NCBI RefSeq assembly: GCF_018977255.1
Contig: NW_024704742.1
Span: 51,276,001-51,340,000 of the forward strand
From: Callorhinchus milii
Taxonomy: Eukaryota
DNA: 64,000 nucleotides
Direction: 5' to 3'
Under the pieces are notes generated by a model that was not told where the DNA came from, made no database searches, and saw only the letters and a list, made by a program, of their open reading frames with translations. Shown here piece after piece: positions 50,023-62,790 of the stretch; within the stretch, counting starts at the first letter, position 1; every line of letters starts with the position of its first letter. The position numbers and the translations under genes were made by a program.

Positions 50023-50918
50023 TTCCTGCCAACAAATTTAGGTGTAATGGTTAAATTTGTTTCGGAAAGTTATTTAATAGCTGTTTTAGTTGTAATGAAT
50101 GAAATTAATGTATACATTAAGAGCAATGCAATATTACAACAACAACAAAATTACATTTATAGAGCACCTTTCACATCGAAAGGATGTCCCAAAGGACTGA
50201 ACAGTCAGGTGTTGGGGCCCCATCATGGGGGAGGGGTGGTGTAGGGGTGAGGGAAGGCAGAGAGGTGGGAGGGAGACCAAATGCTGTACCTCGATGCCCT
50301 TGTCCCACCCGATGTACATGATCTCTTCCCCACCTGCTCCCTCCATCCGATCAACTAACTCAGGCCTGCTCTGAGCTACATTTCTGCCACCCCTCTGGAA
50401 CTCTCTTCCCTCAGTGCCTATGTGTCTCATCTCACTCTGCTTGTAGAATCTCTGCAAAACCTTTCTCTGGCTGAGGCCATCTTGGCTGACGCTTTTTTGA
50501 CTGTTGCACGCTTAGACAATAAATAAAATGTTATGCAATTTTGTACTGGTCAGTGATGCATTTGCAAATGAAAAGATCAGATTGTCATCTTATAAAACAT
50601 ACTACTGGCTGTCCACTACACTAATCCAGATACGTTTTCCTTTACTGTTCATTAGCATCACTAGTATTGGGGTCTATTAACATGATTGCAAGTGTTCACT
50701 CTGAGACTCAACAGTCTGATCAGGACTCAAATCCAAATCCAGAATATTTTAACAAATTGTTCCCTTAGTCTTTTTATTAATATTGAGATAATATAGATGT
50801 AGATACTGCATGCTTGAATATTTTGGAAAGTGAAATTGTTATTTGGTAGTCCAAATTTACCTCTTAATTGTATTTTACCAAATTACCTCTTAATTGTAGC
50901 ACATGTTGTTCCTTACAG

Positions 50919-50972
50919 CACTGCCATTTTCTGGGATGAGCATGCTTCTAGCTCAAGTGTTGATCTCTAGAG
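50919..50972 (+). CDS. OCIAD1: OCIAD1 exon (SLPFSGMSMLLAQVLISRG)
   Basis: 54 nt; ag/gt; phase-consistent. Confidence 0.95.
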
Positions 50973-51152
50973 GTAATGTAAAACAAAAAACACTTATTTG
51001 AAATTTATCGCATGACAAATGAATCAATATTAGCTATAGTCATTATACTTGACAGGAAATTCCTGTAAAGTGATTTGAGGCATCTCGATGATGTGATAAG
51101 ATCAAATGCAAGGATTATTTTACATAATATGTTCTTTATCCTTCCCTTTTAG

Positions 51153-51200
51153 GAATACTTTCTTCTTCACCTAGATTTGGGTCTTTACCTAAAGTTGTGT
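51153..51200 (+). CDS. OCIAD1: OCIAD1 exon (ILSSSPRFGSLPKVV)
   Basis: 48 nt; ag/gtaagt; conserved GSLPK. Confidence 0.96.
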
Positions 51201-53166
51201 GTAAGTGAGATTAATATTTATTTACTTAAGCAACACAGAAACTGTGATTTGAACAGCATGCATCTGTACTGCTATTCAGGGTTGTTAATTCAACAGTTGA
51301 GTACAAGAATCTTCCATAATTTATTTTGTATCCAAAAAACATTAAAAGTTGTGCATCATCTGTAACTTCTAGAGCAAAACTACCAGATTACAATTTAACC
51401 GTGTGTATATATGGCTGGTGAGCTATGTAACCTTAAAAAAAAATAGATTTAGAACCATAAAAAATTACGGCACCGAAGAAGGCAATTTGGGCTACTATGT
51501 ATTTGGTGGCTCTTTGAAAGACTATTCAGTCCCATTTACCTTCCTTTTTCTCATACCCTGCAGATTATTCCTCTATAGATATATCTAGTTCCTTCTTGAA
51601 AGCTAATTGGATCCTACTTTGACCATCACGTCTGGAAGGACGTTCCACTCTATAGACATGAAAAGCGCTATATCAAATGCAAGGATCATTATACCAAAAA
51701 TACTCCTTATTGCTCTCTTGCTAACTAGCGTAAATTGATACTATCTAGTTACTGACATCTATCATATTTTCTCTGTTCCAATGAAAATAGGCACAATTTC
51801 TCTAGTTTCTACTGACAGATGAAAGCACAATGGTATTGTTTTGGTAAATCTCTGATTTGTTTGACAGGGTTTTAAAACGAAAATGTATTATTTGACTGAG
51901 GAGGGTATAAAATTCATAAAATATAATTTGTTTCCAGCATACAACAATTGAGGGGGATATGATTCCAGTTCAAAATAGTGAGAGCCTGAGATGATGTAGG
52001 TAATTTTGGACAGTGAAGACAAAATTGAAGAATACACATTTAAATTGAACTAGTTTACCTACAAAATCATCACTTTACAGAAAATACTGTGAAGCGGTTT
52101 GAGACATCTTCCTGGCATAAAAAGCACTATGATAATAGTTGCGTTTGATTGTCTCAGGTGAGGCTAGAAATTAGGTTTTATTTTCCCCTCCTGCATGGTA
52201 GTGAATCAGTGGAAAAAGTCTGCACAAATGTAAACTAAACTGAGTCAATGTCTGCTACAAAACTGAGCTAAACAAATAAATGGATTTTGCAGGATTAAGA
52301 TGCTTCAAGATATGACATGTCAGTTTGAACAGTAGAGATTTGGAAATGGTTGAATATGCTAAAATAGTATATTTTCTTTGAGGAAAGTGTATTTGTACGT
52401 CTGCTTCAAAGTTTATTGTGTAGTATTTGGTGATCTAAAAGTTACTTTATATCTCCAATAAGCAATAGCAGGAGGTCTGCCAAAGATGGAAGAGTACATC
52501 GACAGTGTGCATGTAGCCAGGTGGCGTTAGAGCCAGATACAAGCAAATACCAGAAGGTAGTAAAATAAATATTACCAATTAAAAGTATTTCACCCAAACA
52601 TCCCAAAGGAGGTGGGGGGTGAAATTGGTGCGGTTTTAATTCACTCTATGTTCCCAAATGTAAATAAACTACTCAATTGCATTTATGGAAAGAGAATATG
52701 TTATGTTATTGCTGAATGCAGGAATTGCTAAGAATGTGGAATAATGTGTGCAGCTTGGATCACCTAATATTATGAAAGATATTATTGTCCTTGATAGGTG
52801 AGCAACCAGGATGATAACTTGGGAATCTGTAATGAGGAAAAATTAAGGAATTTGAGCTTCTCTCCAGAAAACAGGAGATTGTGGATAATAGGAAATTGTG
52901 GATTAAGAAATAAATTAAATGAGGTTGGTGTAGAAACGTTCCTGCCACCCTTTCCAAATATTTTATTTTCTACTGGATTATTGAATTGGAATGAGGGAAG
53001 GGGAAAAAGTAACAGCCACAATACAAAAGTGGTTTGCAGACGAATTATCTTTCATAGCTGGAGAGAAAATGAGAGTAGCGAACTACATCTGCTGTGCATA
53101 ATAAATGGAATAGAGAATATTTGAAAGGATGGTTACTTATTACTGTTGGATGGATTTCTTTCTCAG

Positions 53167-53296
53167 TTGCTGGTGCTTGTGGTTATCTGGCAGGAAAGAT
53201 TTCCTACATGAAGATATGTCAGGCAAAGTTCATGAAACTGGAAAATTCACCATTAGCAGAAGCTATACGGACAGGAAGAAGAATCCACCCATCACA
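53167..53296 (+). CDS. OCIAD1: OCIAD1 exon (FAGACGYLAGKISYMKICQAKFMKLENSPLAEAIR..)
   Basis: OCIA domain C-terminus; donor gtcagt; phase 2. Confidence 0.95.
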
Positions 53297-53413
53297 GTCA
53301 GTAGCCACTGTTTCATGTTCCCTTTGTAATGTGTTTTTGTGTCTTTGAATATTGCAGTTGTAGCAAAACAAATTCTGTTTTTACAGTTCACGGAAAGTTT
53401 AAAAACGCTTATT

Positions 53414-53770
53414 CGGAGTCCTGTATCTCAGTGGTTATAGCACTCGCAAGCGAGAGACATAGGTTCAATTCCTGGCAGAAATGTTGGGCAAGTTTCCTTA
53501 CTCCACATGCCCCTGTTTATCGAGCTGTAATTAGGAACCCCATTGTTAGGCAATTGGCAGATCGCTTTTCCGTGGGTAATAATTGCATCAAAAAAATATT
53601 GGTCACTTCAAACCACAACTGTTTGTGGGACACTGCTGGTGCAAATCGGTTGTCGTGTTTCGCCCACAAAATATACAGTCAATTCACTTTACAGTATATT
53701 CTGTCAAAGCACTTTGGGATGTCTCGCAGATGTGATAAGGTGTTATATCAAATGCAAGGATTATTATTAT
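53414..53770 (+). mobile_element. tRNA-derived SINE with L2-like tail
   Basis: Head, body and tail. Confidence 0.9.
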
Positions 53771-54058
53771 AATTGCTCCCAAGTATAAACTAGAAGTGTT
53801 TAAAATGTGTTTTTAAAGGGTAAATATTAGCCTTCTAAAATTGTTAGAATATTAACATCAAATAAGATGGTACTTTCCTGCTGTAAACACTTGCAGGTCA
53901 TCATTGGCTCTTCTTCCTCATGCCCTAATATTCTGCCAACAACAATAATTCACATTTATATAGCGCCTTTATTCGGGATAGTGTCCCAGAGCCTTAAAAC
54001 ATTCCCTCATTGTTTTCAGCTTTTACCTGCAGGTAATAAATGTTTATTTCACTTGCAG

Positions 54059-54255
54059 TTTTTCAAATGTGAAATCCGGATTTACTGACAGCCCTGTAAA
54101 ACAACCAGCAATCTCCTCTTCACAGTTTGACAGGCCATCCTCCTACTCCGATGATTACAGTTATGCTGATCGCTCTCTGTCTAACTATAATGAAGTACCA
54201 TTCAGTTCTTCACTCAGTGAGTCAGCTCCAACGGGGGCTGACAGCACTTTAGAAG
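54059..54255 (+). CDS. OCIAD1: OCIAD1 exon (Ser-rich; ..VPFSSSLSESAPTG..)
   Basis: PFSSSxxESAPTG motif; ag/gt; phase-consistent. Confidence 0.92.
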
Positions 54256-54976
54256 GTATGTGTTGTGTTTTAGAAACAATTGGGTAATTCTACTCAGTGG
54301 AGGACAAAATCGCAAAATGTATTTAATTGAAGGGGGAGAATCTACATGAATCTACTGAATGGAATCCACAGAAATATTCAGGTTGCTTTAATGCAGTCCA
54401 ATATTTTGCACAGTTGCTTTACAGAAGCTAATGCTTTTGTTTGTCATGAAAATAACATTGACCACGTTCTTGAACAACAATTAACTTTTGGAATTTTGTA
54501 GCAGCTGTTTCAATGACTTTTTCATAACTCCATTTTATAAACCTCACATAGAAAAAGCCATTGTTGTATTGGAATATATTGGTTGTATTTTGCTGTTCAT
54601 GAAATTCAGTTGTTTTTATTCTGAAATTAATTTCCTAAATTCATTTGTTTGGATAGCTGAGCGATTTAAGGACTGTCAATACCAACCTCAGTACTTCACC
54701 CTTATCACATTCCCAGGCTTTTTTGTCGAATTATATGAAGTGCTTTGAGACGTCTTAACCACATAAGGTGCTCTATCAAATGCAAGGATTATTGTTATTA
54801 ATTGTAACTGATTAAACTCTAGCGGAGCACCCCATGTACACTCTGGAATCTCCAAATCTTGGCTCAAATGTGCAAAGACTAGCACTTCATGTTTAGGGAT
54901 TATGTGAACTGGGTGATTCCCTCTGAGGAAAGAGAGTACACTCCATTCCAGACAAATGGAAATTTCCATGTATAGG

Positions 54977-55302
54977 TAATAATAATAATAATCTTGCATT
55001 TGATATAGCGCTTTTCACGTCGGGAGGACGTCCCAAAGCGCTTCACAGAACACACTGTAAAGTAAATTGACTGTATATTTGTGGGTGAACGCGGCAGCCA
55101 ATTGCGCACAGCAATGTCCCACAAACAGTCGTAGATTGAAAATGACCAATTTATTATTGTTTTTGGTTTTGGAGGGATTATTATTAGGCTCTGTGTGGAG
55201 TAAGGAAACTTGCCCAAGGTTTTGCCCTGACCTGCCTGGAATTGAACTCAGGTCTCTCGCTTGCAAAGCGAGTGCTCTAACCACTGAGCTACAGGACTCC
55301 AC
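54977..55302 (-). mobile_element. Young-subfamily tRNA-derived SINE
   Basis: Nearly identical to 40187-40510. Confidence 0.95.
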
Positions 55303-55773
55303 AAAAAGGGGTGGAAGTCAGCTGTTTAGTTTGGACACTCTTAAGGACTACGGCCAGTTTCTGCATATCATACACAAAACTAACCAAAAACAATAATGTT
55401 TTGTGCTAGCATGGGAGGGGCATTATACATTTTGACACCATATTGTATATCTCTATCCACTGTATGCTTAGCTGAACAAAACTTCCACTTCTTGACAGTC
55501 TGAGAAACTGCTCTTTACTCCCACTCTTTTTCTATTTTCTAGTTATCTCTTAATCTATTCTCCTACGACTCCAAATGCTTAGAATTTTTGCCTTTTGTCG
55601 CATCTTATCAGAGACTTCTGGGAGTCCATATCCCTCACATCCATTGCATTTCCCTTATCTATTTTATCTTTTACAAAAAGTTAAATAAGGTTGGTTAAGC
55701 ATGATTTTCCTTTCTTAAAGCCACAAACTGTTCCTATAGCTCCAAACATAAATGTATTTTTCTCTGATGGCAG

Positions 55774-55926
55774 AACCTAATGAAGTGTCAGAAGAATTCC
55801 AGCCTGAAAAGAAACACATGACATACGAAGAATTAAGGAACAAAAATAGAGAGATGTACGAGGTTACACTGACACAGAAAGCAGAGTCTTTCAACAAACC
55901 TTCAGCCAGAGCTCCCAAAACGGAAG
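55774..55926 (+). CDS. OCIAD1: OCIAD1 exon (..TYEELRNKNREMYEVTLTQK..)
   Basis: Conserved TYEELRNKNRE; 153 nt; ag/gt. Confidence 0.96.
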
Positions 55927-56676
55927 GTAAAATATGAAAATACAGTATTGTGAAATATGTTCTAAATTACTGGCTAAAATAAATCTGCACTTGTGGGAGA
56001 AAACCTTGTAGGCCCATTCTTTAAGCCCCCTGAAAAGTTGCATCTTCAGTGTCGGTCTCTAAAAAGTACACTTTGTCGAAGTTCAGAGTTTAATCTAAAA
56101 TGTATTGTTCAAACAATTCTTAGGTGATATAATAAACTAAATTGGTGGTATACCTTTAGATATAGTGGACCCTGTAGATCTTCTGAAGATTCTTTATCCT
56201 CTTTTTAGGGATGAGAAAGCAAGTAATTAATAAGTGTTTCTTACAGAAGGGATCATGTCCACTTATTTTCTTTCCATAACATTCTCTCCATGTTAAACTT
56301 CGCAACTGCCTACTTCACTAAATTAGCTTTCTCACCCATGGAAATAGTGAAATTTGTGGGCAACCTTGTAATTTTTAAATGTGTGTCATTCTTGTATCCA
56401 GCAATTCTAATGTGTGATACATACTCAACAAATTGAGTCAGATATTACTGGCTGGGTCAGTGATTACGCAGAACCAGGATCTCAAACGACAGATTTGCCT
56501 GATTTTGATTCAAAACCTTTTCCTCCATTTGAGAATCCACCTGTTGGTTTCATGTAAAGGCTACAGTATGTGTAGAAAATGTATTAAAATGTAAACTCAT
56601 TGTGCCATAAATATAACCGTTAGGTTCTTGTATTCTTGTAATGATAATCCTATTGTGCTCCTGTTTCTTTTTCCAG

Positions 56677-56714
56677 TAAAAACCAATCAGTATGGTGATG
56701 CCTGGGAAGACTAA
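56677..56714 (+). CDS. OCIAD1: OCIAD1 last coding exon (VKTNQYGDAWED*)
   Basis: tttctttttccag| acceptor; NxYGDxW terminal motif; TAA. Confidence 0.95.
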
Positions 56715-59199
56715 AGAAACACTGTGCACGACGTTCATGGGTAAAGTCTTCAGATTGTGGGAATAATCCACCCACTTCTTGGAAATATGGATACCTGAAA
56801 TTGTGTGTTTTTAAAAACTTTGTTCAATTTGATCCCAAACTGATTGGTCACAAGGGTATTACGTTGACTTGAATGATGGAATCCTTTTGAACTATTACAA
56901 TGGTGCATTGATCAACTATTTACAACTTGGTCATGCCAATGTTTTATTGCTTTATTCAAAAGATTTATCTAATCCTTCGCTTCAGAATTGAGTTAAAGTT
57001 CAAAAATATTTAATGTTCTGCATTCACTTTAAACATGGCAATTTTCAACAATGAAGGCATTCAGAACAAAATATTACTTTAACTTCAAATATTAAAGGGA
57101 CATCCTCAGAACGAACGATTGATTTATTTCCAGTAGTGAGATGCCTCACTGCTGTACCCACTGATCAGATTTGCCTTTTAAATTAAACAGATTCAACCAA
57201 AGTGATGGACTGTGTACAGTGTGATTCTTGTAACAGTGCCATGTGATTACAGTATTCATATAATTCAGCTATTTTTCTTAGTTCAAGTATCAAGTTGACT
57301 GTAAATGAATTAAAGATATTTGTTCTTATGTTTTTTTTCCCAGTGTGCTTTATCAAGAATTGAAACAAAGTTTGTATTTTTACAATGTAAAAAAAACACA
57401 AATTTTTCAGATTTAAAAAGTGAATATATGTGAAATATGCTGAATTTTGAAATAGATTTGCAGACAATATGGTGGTGTAGTAGATTTATTTAAGCACTTC
57501 GGGCATGAGACTCAAAATCCTGAAAACCATTCAATGGGAAAAGTGGTGGAGGGGTGGTATTCAGTGGGATGTAGTGGTTAAGTAAGTTAAGTATTGCTTT
57601 GCACTGGGCTTTGATATAAAGCAGTGGTGGTCAACCTTTATGGTTGGCTTACAAAATATATTTTCTTGATTGATTATTTCTTCAAGAAAATTAAATTAAG
57701 ATAAATATGGAGATGCATTGATCAATTGAACACTAACTAGTGGGAATGTTTGGGGGCCACTTCTTCATAGCCATGGGTTGGCCACCACTGGTCTAAAGCG
57801 ATCTGTCGTTCAGCAGCAGAGCTGATTGTGTAATGGGTGGATCTCTTTGCCAAGACCTGTTGCATGACAACCTGGATTGAGAAGGTTAAGACAAGTAAAT
57901 TTGGTGTGAGGCATTGAACTTGGACCTCTAGAAAATCAAGGTGGTTTGTATGTCGCAAGTTATCCCATTGTGGATCCTTCCACTGTGCTGCAAAACGAGG
58001 CTCAAATATGCCCGGTGCATCCAAATACCTGTGAGTATCACTTGCCCTTTCACCGCAGCTAATGAGGATATTAAAGTATGGCATGACAACTGTTAGAAAG
58101 AATTGTCTGGTGTGCAGAGAGGCACAAAATACAGTCAACACACTTTCCATTATATCCTGTGAAGTGTTTTGAGACATTCCCCTGATGTGAAAGGCACTAT
58201 ATCATGTAAGAATTATGAATTATTTGTAGTCTTGATCTCCGGCAGTTGTTTTTGTTTGCTGTGGCCCAAATGGTAATGCTAGACTCTCTTGAAAGGATGA
58301 AGGTAATTATTTGGTCTGGTGGTTTTGTTTTTGCACAAAAGAAAACCATACGTTTTTGTTTTCAATTAAATATTCCAATATGGGCCATTTTTAATCTCTC
58401 TTCAGTCATTGGCCAACATGTCTGCAAATACGCACTTTATATGCCATTTCTTTTTCCTGTTTCATAATTTATGCTCCCAAAGAAGGATCTTGTTTCATTG
58501 CCTTGTTGCCAATTAAAATGAGAAAAGGTTTCAATCACAATCTTTCTGACCAACACTTGCAAGTCCATCTCTGCTTGCCTGAGTGGTACAGTGAAAGGCA
58601 TCAACAGGCTTCCTGGTATTCTTGACAGTTGGATTGAACAATTAGTGTAAAACCTTAAGCCTCCCTGCAATATTTAGCCTCACTTCAGTTTGTTAAATTA
58701 TTCTGGTTGCAACTTCTCCCTGCTACTATGGAGTGTATTGGAGAAATTGTACTTTTATCCCATTCAATCTGTCCGTTTGTTTTGTTTCCATGTATATCTG
58801 GGATGCAATGCTCTCATCCAAGAAGATGTACTTGTGCCCAGTCAATATTATTAGACCAAATTGAGCCATTTTAAAATGGCAAGAGAGGATTCTTTCTGTG
58901 TTATTCTCTTCCCCTTACGCCATAGGCAAATAGCTTTTTTTCTCTTCTTTTGGCCTTGTTAAGATCAGCAACTCTCCATTGGAGGAAAATTCAGGTTTCT
59001 AGCTAACCCTTGTGTAGCACTGGTTTCTTGTGTTACCTAGGAGCTTCTGTTGGTTAAGATTAATATTCTGGTAATACAAGTATGATGGTTCAGAATCCTG
59101 TACAAGAAAATGTGTCCACTATGCAAATGAGACACAGTTGTGTTCGATGTATTGTGCTGGTTTAGTACAAAAACAACAATTACATTTGTATAGCGCCTT

Positions 59200-60178
59200 G
59201 GCTCTGTCCTTGGCCCTCTCCTCTTTAATATCTACATGCTCCCCCTTCGTGACATCATCCACAGACATGGAGTCAACTTCCACATGTTTGTGGATGACAC
59301 CCAACTCTATCTTTCTGTCTCCGTCCTCAACTCCAGGACCACTGCTGTCCTGACCGACTGCCTGTTGAACATCAAATCCTGGATGAGGGCAAATTTCTTA
59401 CAGTTGAATGTGAATAAGACTGAGGCCCTCCTGATTGGCTCAAGCCAGCGCCTCAGCACCTCAGGCTCTGGCAGCATCAACCTCCATGGTTGCACACTAC
59501 AACTCACCAAACCAGTCAGGAATCTAGGTGTCTTGTTCGACCCTCAACTGTCTTCTTCCCCACATTCAAGCCATGACCTGCTCTGTCTCCCCTCACCTCC
59601 GTCACATCGCTCGACTCCGCCACGACCTCATCCCTCAGGCCGCTGAAACTTCTTCATGCCTTCATCACCTCCAGGTTCGATTATACAAACGCCCTGCTTG
59701 TTGGCCTTCCCAACTCCTCCCTCCACAGGCTGCAGATAATCCAGAACTCTACATCCCGTGTCCTCTCCCACATCAAACTCAGTGACCCCATCTCCCCCAT
59801 TCTCGCCCGACTCCATTGGCTCCCTATCCTTCAGAGGATCCAGTTTAAGATCCTGGTCCTCACCTACAAAGCCCTCCATGGCCTCGCCCCACCCTACCTC
59901 TGCGACCTCCTAACCCCTTACCAACCCGCCCGTTCCCTCTGCTCAGCCGGCTCTGGCCTGCTCCATGTTCCTCGACCCACCATTAGTGGGAGAGCCTTCA
60001 GCTACTCTGCCCCCAACCTCTGGAATTCCATCCCCCAATCACTACACCTCACCCTCTCCATTCCCCCCCCCCCCCCCCACCCCAGCTCGGGTCTGAAATG
60101 CTGTACACAGTCTATCGCCTTGGGACGTCCTCCTGACGTGAAAGGCCCTATACAAATGTAATCTTGTGATTGTTGTTG
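59200..60178 (+). mobile_element. L2 3' fragment
   Basis: [22 protein letters not shown]; tail gggacgtcctcctgacgtgaaagg..ttgttgttg. Confidence 0.94.
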
Positions 60179-61945
60179 ATGTCAGGAGGACGTCCCAGGG
60201 CGCTGGACCATCAGTGTTTCAGACTTGAGCGGGTAGGGTGGAGATCAGGGGAGGAAGAAGGGTGACCGAACGCACGGTTGAAGAGGAGAGTCTTGAGACT
60301 GGTCTTTTAAGGAGGCGAGGGAGTGAGGCGGAGGGACTGGGGGATGGAGTTCCAGAGGGTGGGGGCAGAGTTGCAGAAGGCCTGCCCGCCAATGGTTGGG
60401 CGGGTGAGGTGGGGAATGTAAAGCAGGCCAAAGCCCACTGAGCGGAGGGAGACGGCAGATTGCTAGGGGCTTAGATGGTCATTGAGATAGGGCGGACAAA
60501 GGCCATGGTGGGCTTTGAAGTTGAGGACCAGGATATTGAACTGTATCTTCTGTATGATGGGAAGCCAGTGGAGTCGGGCGAGGATGGGGGTGATGGGGTC
60601 ACAGAGCATGGTGCGGGAGAGGACACAAGCTGCAGAGTTGTTGTTAATGTTGGATGATCTGCAGCCTATGGAAGGAGGAGTTGGGGAGGCAGACAAGCAG
60701 GGAGTTTGCGTAGTTGAGCCTGGATGTTATGAATGCTTGTGTGTGAGGGTCTCAGTGGCTTGTGGTGTGAGACAGTGGCGGAGCCGGGAGATGTTGCGGA
60801 TGTGGGGGAAGGCAGAGTTGGACACAGCACGGATTTGGGGTAGAAAGGATAGTTGAGGGTCAAACAGGACGCCAAGGTTCCCGACTCGCTTAGTAAGGTG
60901 GAGTGTGCATCCTTGAATGATGATGCTGTCAGTGCCTGAAGTGTGGAGTTGCTGACGGGAGCCAATCAAGAGAGCTTCGGTTTTGTTGACGTACAACTGT
61001 AGAAAGTTAGCTCTCATCCAGGATGTTTGACTGACGTTCTGTCAGGACAGCAGTGGTGTCAGAGTCAAGGGTGGAGGCAGAAAGATACAGTTGGGTGACA
61101 TCCCCATACATATGGAAATTCACCCCATGTCTGCGGATGATGTCACCAAGAGGGAGCATATAGATATTAAAAAGGAGGGGACCAAGGACAGAGCCCTGAG
61201 GAACGCCGCACGAGATGGCGTGCGGGCTAGTGGAGAAGCTGAAGTGGAGGCAATGTGAGAAGTAGGATCTGAACCATTCAAGGACAGAACCATGAGGTAA
61301 GGTAAGAGGAGAGGCGGTGGAGTAGGACAGGGTGGTCAACGGTATCAAAGGCAATAGAGAGGTCAAGGAGGATGAGGAGGCAAAAGGAGCCCTGGTTGAG
61401 ATGGAACAAAATCGCATTTGTCACTTTGACCAGGGCCGTTTCTGTCCTATGGGCGGCATGGAAACCCAATTGGAGGGGTTCATGAAGGCAGTGGTGGGTG
61501 AGGAATGAGTGAAGCTGGGAAGCAACGACTTGTTCCCGGACCTTGGAAAGGGAGGTTGGAGATGGGGCATCAGTTTGAGAGCAGGGATGGGTCCCGGGAG
61601 GGTTATTTAAGGATAGGAGTGATGACAGCAGTTTTTAGAGGGTTGGGAATGGTGCCAGTGGACAGGGAGAGGTTTATGGTGTCTGTAAGTAGGGAGCAAG
61701 GAGGTGGAGCTGGGAGGTAAGGACAGGGTCGGGGGAACCAGGTGATCTGTTTCATGTGAGTTATGGTTGTGATGGGAGAGAAGGGGAAAACAGGTTCAAA
61801 GGTGTGGAGGGAGGGATGGGTAGTGGCCGGAGTGTGAGGGGGAGATGGGGTAGTGGTTGGAAGGGCAGAGGCAACTGGGCAGATACCTTTGATTTCGGTT
61901 TTGAGAAAATCCAGCATCTCCTCGCAGTTGGCGTACAAGTACACA
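60179..61945 (-). mobile_element. L2 fragment (RT region to 3' end), tail-to-tail with the previous copy
   Basis: [36 protein letters not shown]. Confidence 0.94.
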
Positions 61946-62429
61946 AATGTCTCAAACCAACTGCTCCCAAACCCTTATTCACCTCAGTTACCTTCTGCTT
62001 TTCTAATGCGCTTCTCACTAGTTCCCTAGCTCCACAATCCATAAGCTACAACTTATCCAAAACTTTACCTCCCTCACCCCCACCAAACTCCACTAGCCCA
62101 TCACCCAGTTCTCATCAAGCTCCACTGGTTCCCTGCCTCCCAGTGGATCGATGTCAAGATCCTCCCTCGCCTATAAATACGTTCACTGTTTCACATTCAC
62201 AAGGAGCTCCTCGTTTCTAATTTTCTAACCCACTCTTCCGCTCATCCTTTCCATTCAGCAAACTCAGTCTTGCTGCGAGTTTCCCCATTTCCATGCCACT
62301 ACTGGTGGCCAAGCCTTCAGTTCCTAATAATAATAATAATAATTATTCCTACACCTCTAACCTTTGAAATTCCCTCCCTCTACCATTCAGTCTTGCCCCT
62401 CTCTTTCTGTCTTTTGCCTTCCTCAAATT

Positions 62430-62790
62430 CTACCTCCATGAACGCACCTATGGCTACCTCTGCGACCTTCTAACCCTCTACCAACCTGCCAGCTCCCTCC
62501 ATTCAGCGGGCCTGCTTCACATCCCTTACCCGCACCACCATTGGCGGGAGTGCCTTCAGCCACTCTGCCCCCACCCTCTGGAACTCCATCCCGCAGTCCC
62601 TCTGCCCTGCCTCCTCACTTGCCTCCTTCAAGACCCTCCTCCTAGACCATGTTGTCGGTCATGAACCTTCTCCCCCTGCCCTCCAACCTCCCCAGCCCGC
62701 AGCTCGAGTCCAAAACACTGATTGTCCAGCGCCTTGGAACATCCTCCCAACATAAAAGGCGCTATACAAATATAATTTTGTTGTTGTTGT
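62430..62790 (+). mobile_element. L2 3' fragment
   Basis: gccttcagccactctgcccccaccctctggaactcc; (TTG)n tail. Confidence 0.9.

Noticed and set aside
54020..54032. 13-nt micro-exon (cag|...cag|gtaata)
   Set aside because: The following intron would be only 26 nt; at most an alternative acceptor
56550..56771. - strand ORF (VSLVFPGITILIGFY..EH) that looked like an X domain
   Set aside because: It is the antisense of the real OCIAD1 last exon and its acceptor. This is a demonstrated false positive of by-eye motif matching, so the single-motif X/Y calls should be treated cautiously.
57690..57725. DKYGDAL resembling the OCIAD1 C-terminus
   Set aside because: The phase-correct terminal exon at 56677-56714 has the full NxYGDxW motif and a strong acceptor
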